A stretch of DNA of 8,103 nucleotides, from the IMG/VR virus record IMGVR_UViG_3300027822_000236, positions 1 through 8,103 of that record; one strand, written 5' to 3'. The notes beneath the pieces are model-generated. The model searched no databases. It worked only from the letters and a program-made list of their open reading frames with translations, and had not been told where the DNA came from. Position 1 is the first letter of the stretch, and each line of letters opens with the position of its first letter. Of this stretch, positions 1-6,789 are shown piece by piece. A program made the translations under genes and the position numbers. The DNA is from a virus.

Positions 1-642
1 GAACAGCTGCCGCACGCAAGTCTTGAGGGCCATCGCCCGGAAGTCGGTATCCCACGGTGTGCCCTTTTTGGAGCGGGCGGCTGGTGACCGTTTGCGGAAC
101 TCCTCGACCTGCTCCGGGCGCAGAACGATCCACACATCACCACCGCGAGCAAGGGTGGCGTGTGCGTAATACGCATAGGTTTCGCCGCGGTCGATGCACA
201 TGTAGTCGATCTCGTGGACCAGTTCACCGTGTGTACCGCGGGTCGCTTTGAAGTGGTCGCGGTGGCGGACATCATCGGCCGCGAACGAGGTCACCAAACC
301 CGAGCGGTAGCCGAGTTCGATCATCCCCTGATACCCGAGCCACCACTCCACCTGACCCTTCATGGGGATCAGCCAGCAGTGACCGAGCGGGCCAGGGTTC
401 AACCGCATCTGAGCGGACTGCATCGCCGCGCCCATGAACGACTCGATCGAACACTCGCCAAGCTTCGGGGTTTTCCTGATCTCAGTCAGCAGGGTCCGGG
501 CGAGCAGCTCGGCCCCGACGGTGTCACCCACAGCGCGCTCGAACTCGGGCACGTTCAGGTTCACCACATCAACAATCGTCAACGGTTTCTTGTCGGGCGC
601 GGCGGGGCTGTTGGCTTCCATCCGCTTCTCTAGGTCAGTCAT
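1..642 (-). CDS. recT: RecT-family single-strand annealing recombinase (N-terminal 214 codons; 3' end lies beyond the left edge)
   Basis: Absent from the ORF track because it has no stop in the window. My translation of the minus strand from ATG 642-640 stays open to position 1. It reads MTDLEKRMEANSPAAPDKKPLTIVDVVNLNVPEFERAVGDTVGAELLARTLLTEIRKTPKLGECSIESFMGAAMQSAQMRLNPGPLGHCWLIPMKGQVEWWLGYQGMIELGYRSGLVTSFAADDVRHRDHF...PWDTDFRAMALKTCVRQLF. The blocks P.L..CS..S...A.M.SAQ..L.PG, c.lIP, GYQGMIELGYRSG and PW...F..MALKT.VR.L match the RecT (PF03837) core as I recall it. AGGAGA (650-655, minus strand) lies 7 nt upstream of the ATG. The start overlaps the stop of the upstream ORF by 8 nt. The track ORF 160..633(+) is its antisense shadow. 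Confidence 0.9.
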   Translation of the reverse strand, partial: MTDLEKRMEANSPAAPDKKPLTIVDVVNLNVPEFERAVGDTVGAELLARTLLTEIRKTPKLGECSIESFMGAAMQSAQMRLNPGPLGHCWLIPMKGQVEWWLGYQGMIELGYRSGLVTSFAADDVRHRDHFKATRGTHGELVHEIDYMCIDRGETYAYYAHATLARGGDVWIVLRPEQVEEFRKRSPAARSKKGTPWDTDFRAMALKTCVRQLF

Positions 643-913
643 CGTCGTGTCTCCTGTTTGGTGGTTTCTGATCTTCCACGGCATCGGTCAGCATCCATGC
701 CGCCATCTGCCGTAATTCGTCGACGTCGCTCAGGTGCTCATCACACAGCGCGTCGCCGCCCCATAGGTGACCTGTGGCACGGGCCAGAGTGGCCGCGTCT
801 TGGTCGCAAGACGAGACCTCTCCGTAGGTGCAATCCCACACCGTGCTGTGTCCGATCGAGATCTCGACCCCTTCGACACCGCTCGGTATCCACTCATAGG
901 CTTCAACGCTCAT
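635..913 (-). CDS. hypothetical small acidic protein (92 aa) inside the recombination module
   Basis: Track ORF. It has an ATGA start/stop overlap with the exonuclease gene (910-913) and an 8-nt overlap with the recT start (635-642), so it is translationally coupled on both sides. Composition is 20 Asp/Glu against 5 Lys/Arg. I recognise no domain. Confidence 0.7.
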   Translation of the reverse strand: MSVEAYEWIPSGVEGVEISIGHSTVWDCTYGEVSSCDQDAATLARATGHLWGGDALCDEHLSDVDELRQMAAWMLTDAVEDQKPPNRRHDDD

Positions 914-1779
914 TCGTGTCTCCAGTCGGTTCGGTCCGCGAGCTTGCGCACCAGGGTCTTACCTCGATAATGCTCCGAGCTTGTGACAGCCGCCTCGCCG
1001 TCGATCCGGCCGGTACCGGCTCCGTCCATGAGGCGGGCCAGCTCGGCCTTGCATTCCTTCTCGACCTTCGCTGCCGCTTTGCGTTCGCCGCGAGCTCGGC
1101 GCCACTCGAGCACGAGGTCGGCCGATTCGGTGGGTAGGTCGACGGTGCGCTCGACGTCGAGGGGGATTGACTTGAGGGCCTCCCAATCCTTGTCGGGGTT
1201 GGTGATGGGTGGCGGCACCCTGGCTACGACGTGGTTGAGCCAGAACGCCTCAGATCCGTCGAGGAGCAGCGCGGTCACGTTCGGATCCGCTTCGATCCGG
1301 TACCAGCGGAGTTCCCACGTTTCGACGAACAGCGCGGCCACGATCCCATAGTCGGAGCCGGTCACCTCGACCTGTTGGCGGAGCTGTAGCTCATAATGAT
1401 CAGGGACCCCATCGGGGTCGAGCGATGGCCCCCAATCGGGGGCAGCGAACCGGTCGACCGCTTTGGTTTCGATGGGGTGGCCGTCGTTGATATCCCGGTA
1501 GTCGAGGGTCGCGTAGAGCCACTCAACCTCAGGGTGGTCGGTGCGCATGCCGGGCACGAAATGGCCAGCGTCGGCCGCCGCCGCGTACTTGGCGGCAATG
1601 ATCGGCTCTAGGTCGTGGCCCCTTTGCATCCACGGGGTGACGGTGACCTCAGCTCCCCACACTTTGTCGGCCCACACCCCGAACGGTGTCCGGTATCCGA
1701 ACCCGAAGATCCCGGCAGCGTCGGAGGCGCCGAGCCCGTCACGGCGGGCGGCTCGTTCTTCGTCGGTCAGCTCCGCCAT
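910..1779 (-). CDS. YqaJ-like (lambda-Exo/RecE-type, PD-(D/E)XK) recombination exonuclease
   Basis: 289-aa track ORF. The N-terminal GLGASDAAGIFG, then RGHDLEPIIAAKY, then TLDYRD...HPIETKAV (D...E.K) follow the YqaJ viral recombinase exonuclease pattern (PF09588). It sits in the same operon as RecT, the classic exo plus annealase pair. Confidence 0.88.
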   Translation of the reverse strand: MAELTDEERAARRDGLGASDAAGIFGFGYRTPFGVWADKVWGAEVTVTPWMQRGHDLEPIIAAKYAAAADAGHFVPGMRTDHPEVEWLYATLDYRDINDGHPIETKAVDRFAAPDWGPSLDPDGVPDHYELQLRQQVEVTGSDYGIVAALFVETWELRWYRIEADPNVTALLLDGSEAFWLNHVVARVPPPITNPDKDWEALKSIPLDVERTVDLPTESADLVLEWRRARGERKAAAKVEKECKAELARLMDGAGTGRIDGEAAVTSSEHYRGKTLVRKLADRTDWRHE

Positions 1780-2027
1780 GAGTACTCGACCCGGACCGGG
1801 CGTTCATTGTCGACGGTCCACGTCCACGTCAGGTTGTGTTCACCGGCGTGGCCGTCAGGCAACTCGCACCCATCGTGGCCGCCGTGGAATCCGTACAGTG
1901 GCTCGCCGCAAGCGATCACAGCGTCGATCGGTTCGTCGGCGTAGCGGATCTTCTCTCCGAGCCGGATCAATGCACCGATTGCGTCGGTGATCGCCGAAGA
2001 TAGTTCTTGGCTGTTGGTCGGTTCCAT
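1767..2027 (-). CDS. hypothetical protein (86 aa, acidic)
   Basis: Track ORF. GAGGAG lies 8 nt upstream of ATG 2027 on the minus strand. There is a 13-nt overlap with the exonuclease start. No domain recognised. Confidence 0.65.
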   Translation of the reverse strand: MEPTNSQELSSAITDAIGALIRLGEKIRYADEPIDAVIACGEPLYGFHGGHDGCELPDGHAGEHNLTWTWTVDNERPVRVEYSWRS

Positions 2028-2077
2028 GAGTGTGTCTCCTCAGGTGTTGATTCGATTGTGATCGCGGGGTGTGACAG

Positions 2078-2263
2078 TCAGGCAAAGATCCGGGTCAGGA
2101 TCCGCCAGATACCGAGTATGACGGTGGCGACGAACCCGAAGGCGAACCCGAGCGCGGCGTAGAACCGTGGGGGGAACGAGAGCAGACCGGTGGGTGCGAT
2201 CTCGCCGTGGGTGTCGTGCGACTCGTAGCGGTCGCCGAAGCAATCACGGTCGGTCATGTCCAT
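2078..2263 (-). CDS. small membrane protein, single C-terminal TM helix (61 aa from ATG 2263; the track's longest ORF starts at 2311)
   Basis: I prefer the ATG at 2263-2261. GGAGGG (2272-2277, minus strand) lies 8 nt upstream, and the ATG shares one base with the TGA of the upstream gene (TGATG). The C-terminal segment FYAALGFAFGFVATVILGIWRIL is a clear hydrophobic helix. Confidence 0.6.
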   Translation of the reverse strand: MDMTDRDCFGDRYESHDTHGEIAPTGLLSFPPRFYAALGFAFGFVATVILGIWRILTRIFA

Positions 2264-2682
2264 CACTTCAGCCCTCCAGTCGGGGGCACCATCGCGACCG
2301 ACGTGGCCCACACCGCCAAAGCGTCCAGGATCTCCTGCAACACCTTCTCGTCAACGGTGGGGCTGGTGAGGTGCGAGAGCCGCCCGGCCACCACGCCGAT
2401 GGTGTTCGCCACCGTCGCCACCGGATCCTCAGCAACAGCTGACCCCAAGATCGCCGGGCCTAGGGCTTTGACCCTGGGCAGATCATTGCGGGTCAACGCG
2501 ATCGCCTGAGCGTACGCGTGCTCCTTTCGGGTCATCGCCACCGCATCAGCAGGCCCGACGGTTCCCATCATCCGGCCGAGCGCCTCGACCACCACAGTTG
2601 CCCGTGGCCCGTACAGCTTCACAGCTTCAACCGGCGGATCTTGGAGGACCTTCCCGAGCCTCAGGTCAGGTTCCTCACTCAT
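2263..2682 (-). CDS. hypothetical protein (139 aa from ATG 2682; track start 2766 is a TTG that would overlap the upstream gene by 92 nt)
   Basis: ATG 2682-2680 overlaps the stop of the upstream HTH gene in an ATGAGTGA arrangement (8 nt). The protein starts MSEEPDLRLGKVLQ... No domain recognised. Confidence 0.65.
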   Translation of the reverse strand: MSEEPDLRLGKVLQDPPVEAVKLYGPRATVVVEALGRMMGTVGPADAVAMTRKEHAYAQAIALTRNDLPRVKALGPAILGSAVAEDPVATVANTIGVVAGRLSHLTSPTVDEKVLQEILDALAVWATSVAMVPPTGGLK

Positions 2683-2917
2683 CGTCGGCCGTTTCGAGGA
2701 CCTCAGTCCGTGGCTTCTCACCCTCGACCGGGGTACCACCCTGATCTTTGATCCACTTGTCGGCAACGCTCATGGTCCACAACGCCGAACCGCCGTTGTC
2801 GTCAGCCGAGACCGACGGCTCCGGGAGCCGTTCAGCCCGAAAGTGGGCGTACATCGTGGGGTAGGGAGTGCTCGCACGACGTGCGAACTCGGGCAGGTTG
2901 ACATGTTGAGTAGCCAT
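2675..2917 (-). CDS. small HTH DNA-binding protein, excisionase/AlpA-like (HTH_17-type); first gene of the leftward operon
   Basis: 80-aa track ORF. VNLPEFARRASTPYPTMYAHFRAERLPEP...ALWTMSVADKWI follows the excisionase-family layout of helix-turn-helix, then g.lP, then a wing, then W. There is no Shine-Dalgarno sequence; the ATG directly abuts the AT-rich palindromic region. Confidence 0.65.
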   Translation of the reverse strand: MATQHVNLPEFARRASTPYPTMYAHFRAERLPEPSVSADDNGGSALWTMSVADKWIKDQGGTPVEGEKPRTEVLETADDE

Positions 2918-2982
2918 AGATAGATATCTATATCACTGCTATGCTGCTACAGCAACCACCAAAGCCAGGAGACCTAACACCC
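2918..2982. promoter_or_regulatory. divergent control region between the leftward early operon and the rightward packaging operon; perfect 12-bp palindrome ATAGATATCTAT at 2920-2931
   Basis: 2918-2940 is about 70 percent A+T in a sequence that is otherwise in the low-to-mid 60s percent G+C by eye. ATAGATATCTAT is its own reverse complement. A small hairpin TGCTG-CTA-CAGCA follows at 2942-2954. I could not find a clean TANNNT -10 hexamer on either strand, so promoter positions are not resolved. Confidence 0.5.
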
Positions 2983-3489
2983 ATGGCCCCTAACACACTC
3001 GAACCCCACCACACCATCCCCACCCGCACCTGGGACGACATCGACCACGAAATCTACGAACACCGGATCCGACAACAGAAAAGCCTGCGAGCCGTAGCCG
3101 CAATCGTAGGCATCTCCCACGTCACCGTCCGAGACCGCCTCAACAAGATGATGCGAAAAGTCACATTCGCCGAAGTCGACGAAATGCGAACCGAAGAAGG
3201 CCACCGCCTCGACGAACTCGCCGCCGCCCACCAGGCCGCAATCACCTCGATCTCGGCGTTCATCGACAAGCTGATCGAGCAAGAGGTCATCTTCGATATC
3301 GACACCATCCTCGCCGTCTCCGAACACAACGCCAAGCTACGCCGAGACATCCTGGCCGTTGCACGAGTCCGACACCAGCTCTTCGGATTGAACGCCACAG
3401 GCGACCCCGAAGACGCCGACCTCTCCCGAATCAACGACCTCGTGGCCGCCTACCTCCGAGGCGTCACCGACACCGAGACCGCATCATGA
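2983..3489 (+). CDS. HTH plus coiled-coil DNA-binding protein, possible terminase small subunit (168 aa from ATG 2983; the track ORF starts at 2941)
   Basis: AGGAG at 2967-2971 lies 11 nt upstream of ATG 2983, while ATG 2941 has no SD. The N-terminal HTH (KSLRAVAAIVGISHVTVRDRLNKM) is followed by a long helical region (EEGHRLDELAAAHQAAITSISAFIDKLIEQE...). It lies upstream of terL in the same coupled operon. The small-terminase call is inferred from position and architecture only. Confidence 0.55.
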   Translation: MAPNTLEPHHTIPTRTWDDIDHEIYEHRIRQQKSLRAVAAIVGISHVTVRDRLNKMMRKVTFAEVDEMRTEEGHRLDELAAAHQAAITSISAFIDKLIEQEVIFDIDTILAVSEHNAKLRRDILAVARVRHQLFGLNATGDPEDADLSRINDLVAAYLRGVTDTETAS

Positions 3490-3824
3490 GCACCACCCGA
3501 CCGAGCGCAGAAACCCTCACCCAGTCCATGGTCGCACTCCGAGCGTGGCTCAAATCCGGGCGCCTCATGCCCGACGATCGCACGGCGTGGGACGTCTGCG
3601 TTGTCCTCGATTTCCTCGACGTGATACCGGCCGAACGGCTCAACTCGTGGCACAAGATCACCTATACCCCCGACCGGTGGCATATGAGCCACCCGGTTTC
3701 GTGCGACCTCACCGAATGCCCGTTCGACGAAGAAGTCGAATCGTGGATGGAAGGACCCGAATACGGGACCTACCGATGGCACGACCCGAACGAGCGCCTG
3801 ATCCCGATCGAGGAAACCGAATGA
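3486..3824 (+). CDS. hypothetical protein (112 aa)
   Basis: Track ORF with ATGA overlaps at both ends (3486-3489 and 3821-3824). No domain recognised. Confidence 0.72.
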   Translation: MSTTRPSAETLTQSMVALRAWLKSGRLMPDDRTAWDVCVVLDFLDVIPAERLNSWHKITYTPDRWHMSHPVSCDLTECPFDEEVESWMEGPEYGTYRWHDPNERLIPIEETE

Positions 3825-4093
3825 GCAAGCACATGGTTCACGTCACCGGTTGGGATTCCTGGTCGGCTGTTCTGAAACTCCGATGCCCCCACGGACCCGG
3901 AGCTGACTGCCACGTCGGCACCGACGAAGACGGCAACAATCCCGAACCGCTCGACCACTGCAACGCCGTCGAATGGTTCGACAACTGCGAAGCGCCCGAC
4001 CTGATCCTTGGCCGGCTCGACGGTGAGCCACCGTGGCCGGTCGACATCGAATGGTCCCAAGACGGGCCCACCATCACCGCCGCTGGTGGCTGA
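3821..4093 (+). CDS. hypothetical Cys/His-containing protein (90 aa)
   Basis: This is the internal ATG 3821 of track ORF 3545..4093. GAGGA lies 6 nt upstream, and the ATG overlaps the previous stop (ATGA). The protein starts MSKHMVHVTGWDSWSAVLKLRCPHGPGADCHVGT...LDHCNAVEWFDNCE, giving the pattern CPH-x5-CH-x14-HC-x8-C. Confidence 0.68.
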   Translation: MSKHMVHVTGWDSWSAVLKLRCPHGPGADCHVGTDEDGNNPEPLDHCNAVEWFDNCEAPDLILGRLDGEPPWPVDIEWSQDGPTITAAGG

Positions 4094-5642
4094 CTTCGAC
4101 GCCGACGCTTTCGCCCGCCTCCCCGATCCGGTGCGAGCCGCGATCTGGGAGCAGCTCACCATGGCCGAACGCCGCGCCGTCCGGGCCGCCATGCTCGGTG
4201 CTGTCGCTGAACACGACCCGCTCGCTGACCTCGGATGGGAGGAATGGAACGCCACCGTTGCACCGTCGTATTTCACGTCCGACTACGCACCCCATCACCG
4301 CGAGTTCTGGGAATGGACCGATTCGATCGGCCCCGACCGACCCGACCCGTTCCTCGAGCTGTGGCCGAGAGGTCACACCAAGTCGACTTGCGCCGAGCTC
4401 GCGGTCATCAAGCTCGGCGCCCGCCGGCTCCGAACGTATTTCCTGTACGTCTCACACACCCAGGATCAGGCCGACGACCACGTTGGCACCATCGGATCCA
4501 TCATCGAATCCGCGAGGTTCGCCGAGTACTACCCCGCCATGTCGGAGGTCAAGGTCGGCAAGTTCGGGGCGTCGAAAGGGTGGCGCCGCAACCGGCTGCG
4601 CACAGCCTCAGGGTTCACGGTCGACGCGCTCGGGCTCGACGTAGCGCGCCGGGGCGCCAAGCTCGAGGAGACCCGCCCGGACGGGATGGTGTTGGACGAC
4701 ATCGACGACACCCACGCCAGCACCCGAGTCGTCGAACGAAATATACGGACGATCACCCAGGCCCTGATCCCTGCGTTGCAGCCAAACAAGGTGATCATCA
4801 TGGCTCAGAACTTGGTGGCCCCGAACGCTATCGCTGCCCGCATCGCCGACGGGCGGGCCGACATGCTCGGCGGCGCCATCCAATCCGGGCCGTTCCCCGC
4901 CATCGAAAACGCCGAGATCGAGCGGGTCGATGGGCGCTGGAAGATCACCGCCGGTACCCCGACCTGGCCCGCCGGGATGGACCTCGAGGCGGCGACCGAT
5001 CAGCTCATCGACATGGGGTTGGATGCGTTCACGATCGAGGTTCAGCAAGACACCAGCGAGCGCGTCGGGGCCATCTGGCGGAAATCCGAAATCAAGTACT
5101 GGGAGCGTGACGAGCTACCCGAGTTCGACCGGATCGTTGTCGCCATCGACCCGAACAAGACGGGCCGCGGTGATGACGCTGGCGTGGTCGTCATCGGCCG
5201 ATTCAAACTGCCCGACGGGCGCGATGGGGCGATCGTGCTGGACGATGTGTCGAACCTCACAGCGCCGTCGGAGTGGCGCAACGATGGGGCGCGGGCGTTC
5301 ATCAAGTGGAACGCGGGGGCGTTCGTGGTGGAGTTCGCAGGGCTCGGAGAGCACGCCGAGCTGACCGTCAAATCGGCGCCGTTGCTCGACGGGCGATCGG
5401 TCGCTGTTTACGAGGCCCGAGCGAAATTAGGAAAGCGAGATCGAGCCCGCGCTGTTTGGCCGTACTACACCGATGGGGTCGTGTGGCACTTCAACCCGTT
5501 GCCCTATTTGGAACGGCAAATGACGTCGTGGCTCCCCGATCAGGATCCGGTGTCACCGGGAGCGCTCGACGCTCTGGCCCACGGGATCACTCACTTGCTG
5601 ATCGACCATGCCGGGCCACCGAACATCGCTGTAGCTGCGTAG
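4086..5642 (+). CDS. terL: terminase large subunit (ATPase plus RNase H-like nuclease)
   Basis: Track ORF 4008..5642. I favour GTG 4086, which overlaps the upstream stop by 8 nt (GTGGCTGA). ATG 4161 is an alternative, with GGGAG 9 nt upstream. There is a Walker A-like LWPRGHTKST, a Walker B-like DGMVLDDIDD and a C-terminal nuclease motif RIVVAIDPNKTGRGDDAGVVVIG. The 291-aa Arg-rich ORF 4235..5110 is an off-frame shadow. Confidence 0.9.
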   Translation: MADFDADAFARLPDPVRAAIWEQLTMAERRAVRAAMLGAVAEHDPLADLGWEEWNATVAPSYFTSDYAPHHREFWEWTDSIGPDRPDPFLELWPRGHTKSTCAELAVIKLGARRLRTYFLYVSHTQDQADDHVGTIGSIIESARFAEYYPAMSEVKVGKFGASKGWRRNRLRTASGFTVDALGLDVARRGAKLEETRPDGMVLDDIDDTHASTRVVERNIRTITQALIPALQPNKVIIMAQNLVAPNAIAARIADGRADMLGGAIQSGPFPAIENAEIERVDGRWKITAGTPTWPAGMDLEAATDQLIDMGLDAFTIEVQQDTSERVGAIWRKSEIKYWERDELPEFDRIVVAIDPNKTGRGDDAGVVVIGRFKLPDGRDGAIVLDDVSNLTAPSEWRNDGARAFIKWNAGAFVVEFAGLGEHAELTVKSAPLLDGRSVAVYEARAKLGKRDRARAVWPYYTDGVVWHFNPLPYLERQMTSWLPDQDPVSPGALDALAHGITHLLIDHAGPPNIAVAA

Positions 5643-5767
5643 GGCGCGAGCGGGCCGCCCTCGGGCTCGGGTCGTCTGGCTTGAGGTATGCCAGCACCTT
5701 GGCCACTAGGTGGCCTTCCGTCGGTTCCCGAGCCGTCAACGGGCGGCCCTGATTGGAAGTCTTTGTG

Positions 5768-5844
<77 letters not shown>

Positions 5845-5853
5845 GGCCCGAGC

Positions 5854-6048
5854 CTAACCGAGCGCCGCTCGGACAGCGCAGTCCTTGGCCTCCAGGAGCT
5901 TCTGCAGCGCGATGGTGAGCTGTGGCCCTTCGAGCTTGGCCGCCAGGTCGTTGGCCAGGACCCCGAACGGTCGCGAGATCTCCTGCAGCTCAGGCGAGAG
6001 GTGGGCGTACTCGAAGTAGGCGAGCTTTTCCGTTATCGATGGGTGCAT
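5854..6048 (-). CDS. hypothetical small helical protein (64 aa), co-oriented with the tRNA and ending 9 nt upstream of it
   Basis: Track ORF MHPSITEKLAYFEYAHLSPELQEISRPFGVLANDLAAKLEGPQLTIALQKLLEAKDCAVRAALG. The TAG stop is at 5854-5856 and the tRNA 5' end is at 5844. The F.Y.HL...LQ...LLEAKD.AVRA pattern reminds me of a widespread small phage protein of unknown function, but I cannot name a family. Confidence 0.65.
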   Translation of the reverse strand: MHPSITEKLAYFEYAHLSPELQEISRPFGVLANDLAAKLEGPQLTIALQKLLEAKDCAVRAALG

Positions 6049-6071
6049 GCCATCTAGCCTAGGCTGGTTGT
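6049..6071. promoter_or_regulatory. 23-bp divergent spacer with the 10-bp palindrome AGCCTAGGCT (6056-6065), giving two overlapping TAGGCT -10-like hexamers
   Basis: The plus-strand TAGGCT (6060-6065) ends 6 nt before the A of ATG 6072. The minus-strand TAGGCT (6061-6056) ends 7 nt before the A of ATG 6048. Both fit the actinobacterial TANNNT -10 and the spacing expected for leaderless transcripts. Neither gene has a convincing SD. Confidence 0.5.
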
Positions 6072-6356
6072 ATGACCACCCCGACCGAGCTTCGCCATGT
6101 CCACGCCATCGATCTCCCGATCCGTCGTTGGGTCGAAACCACTGTTAGGGGCGCGCTGGCGGTCCTGGCCGTCGTGTTGGCTTGGTCAGCGAAGCAAGCT
6201 GGCACGGCTCTAGAGGCCCGCTCGGCGATCCTGGTATCAGCGTCCATCCTGTGCGCCCCGATCGCTGTGGCCGGGCTGGCAGGTATCTGGTGGGGGATTC
6301 TCGTGATGGCGCCTACCGGGCTTCTGCTCGACCATCTCACATCATCAGAGCAGTAG
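6072..6356 (+). CDS. small integral membrane protein (94 aa, 2-3 predicted TM helices)
   Basis: Track ORF. By my count the third codon positions are about three-quarters G/C. Hydrophobic stretches are GALAVLAVVLAW and AILVSASILCAPIAVAGLAGIWWGILVMAPTGLLL. The overlapping minus ORF 6059..6490 is Ser/Arg/Thr-rich and looks like a shadow. Confidence 0.62.
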   Translation: MTTPTELRHVHAIDLPIRRWVETTVRGALAVLAVVLAWSAKQAGTALEARSAILVSASILCAPIAVAGLAGIWWGILVMAPTGLLLDHLTSSEQ

Positions 6357-6789
6357 AAGTTATCCACATCGCTTTGGTGGGCGGGTTGAGCCGTGGACCG
6401 GCTGGGTTCGGTTACGCGCGTGAACACGAAATCGAGACCTAGCGCGGTATCGCTTCGGAGCCTGGGGCATCGCGCGAGGGCGCGGGTCAACGGTGGGGTT
6501 TCTGATGGGACTGGTCGCTAGGGATCCCACGAAACCAGCCGACAGGGTTCCTGTGATCTCGGTCCGGTGGGCGCGGTGGCTTGCTCGGTGGAGTCACGGG
6601 ATCTGACGGTTCAACCGTGGGGCCGTGGGTCGATGGGGATTGACGGGACGCTATGCCTGCTTCGGCCAGGCTGACCCGTCCACCGAAGCTCACCACCGGG
6701 TGACCTCTGTACTGCGGCTCCGTCCCCAAGTTGCTGAGCCAGTCGGCGTTTGATTACCCGGTTATCGGTCCGGGAGAACTGATTGGTTG

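Noticed and set aside
160-633. 157-aa plus-strand ORF (and 434..715, 272..454) in the track
   Set aside because: It lies antisense to, or off-frame within, the clearly recognisable RecT reading frame (minus strand, 1-642). The translation is Arg/His/Gly-rich with no motif, a typical high-GC shadow ORF.
2941-2982. ATG 2941 as the start of the HTH/terS-like gene (a 23-bp spacer mirroring the 6049-6071 arrangement)
   Set aside because: There is no SD, and I could not find a TANNNT hexamer positioned for a leaderless start. ATG 2983 has AGGAG 11 nt upstream. 2941 is kept as an alternative only.
4235-5110. 291-aa plus-strand ORF, plus 4033..4644 and several minus ORFs inside terL
   Set aside because: The translations are extremely Arg/Pro/Gly-rich, low-complexity and off-frame relative to the terminase frame, which carries the Walker and nuclease motifs. 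These are shadow ORFs.
5643-5767. Candidate bidirectional terminator between convergent terL and the tRNA (hairpins 5647-5669 and GGCCAC-TAG-GTGGCC at 5701-5715)
   Set aside because: The stems are short (5-6 bp) or interrupted, and no proper T-tract follows on either strand. This is too weak to call.
6059-6490. 143-aa minus ORF overlapping the membrane-protein gene
   Set aside because: The translation is Ser/Arg/Thr/Ala-rich with no hydrophobic or domain pattern. The opposite-strand ORF 6072..6356 has strong GC3 bias, clear TM helices and an ATG positioned at the palindromic promoter.
6487-6729. 80-aa minus ORF in the non-coding stretch
   Set aside because: It has a TTG start, no SD and a Pro/Ser-rich low-complexity product. 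My count gives 53 of 80 codons with G/C at the third position, about 66 percent. That is no higher than the local base composition, whereas accepted genes are much more GC3-biased. It remains possible as a small disordered protein, but it is unsupported.
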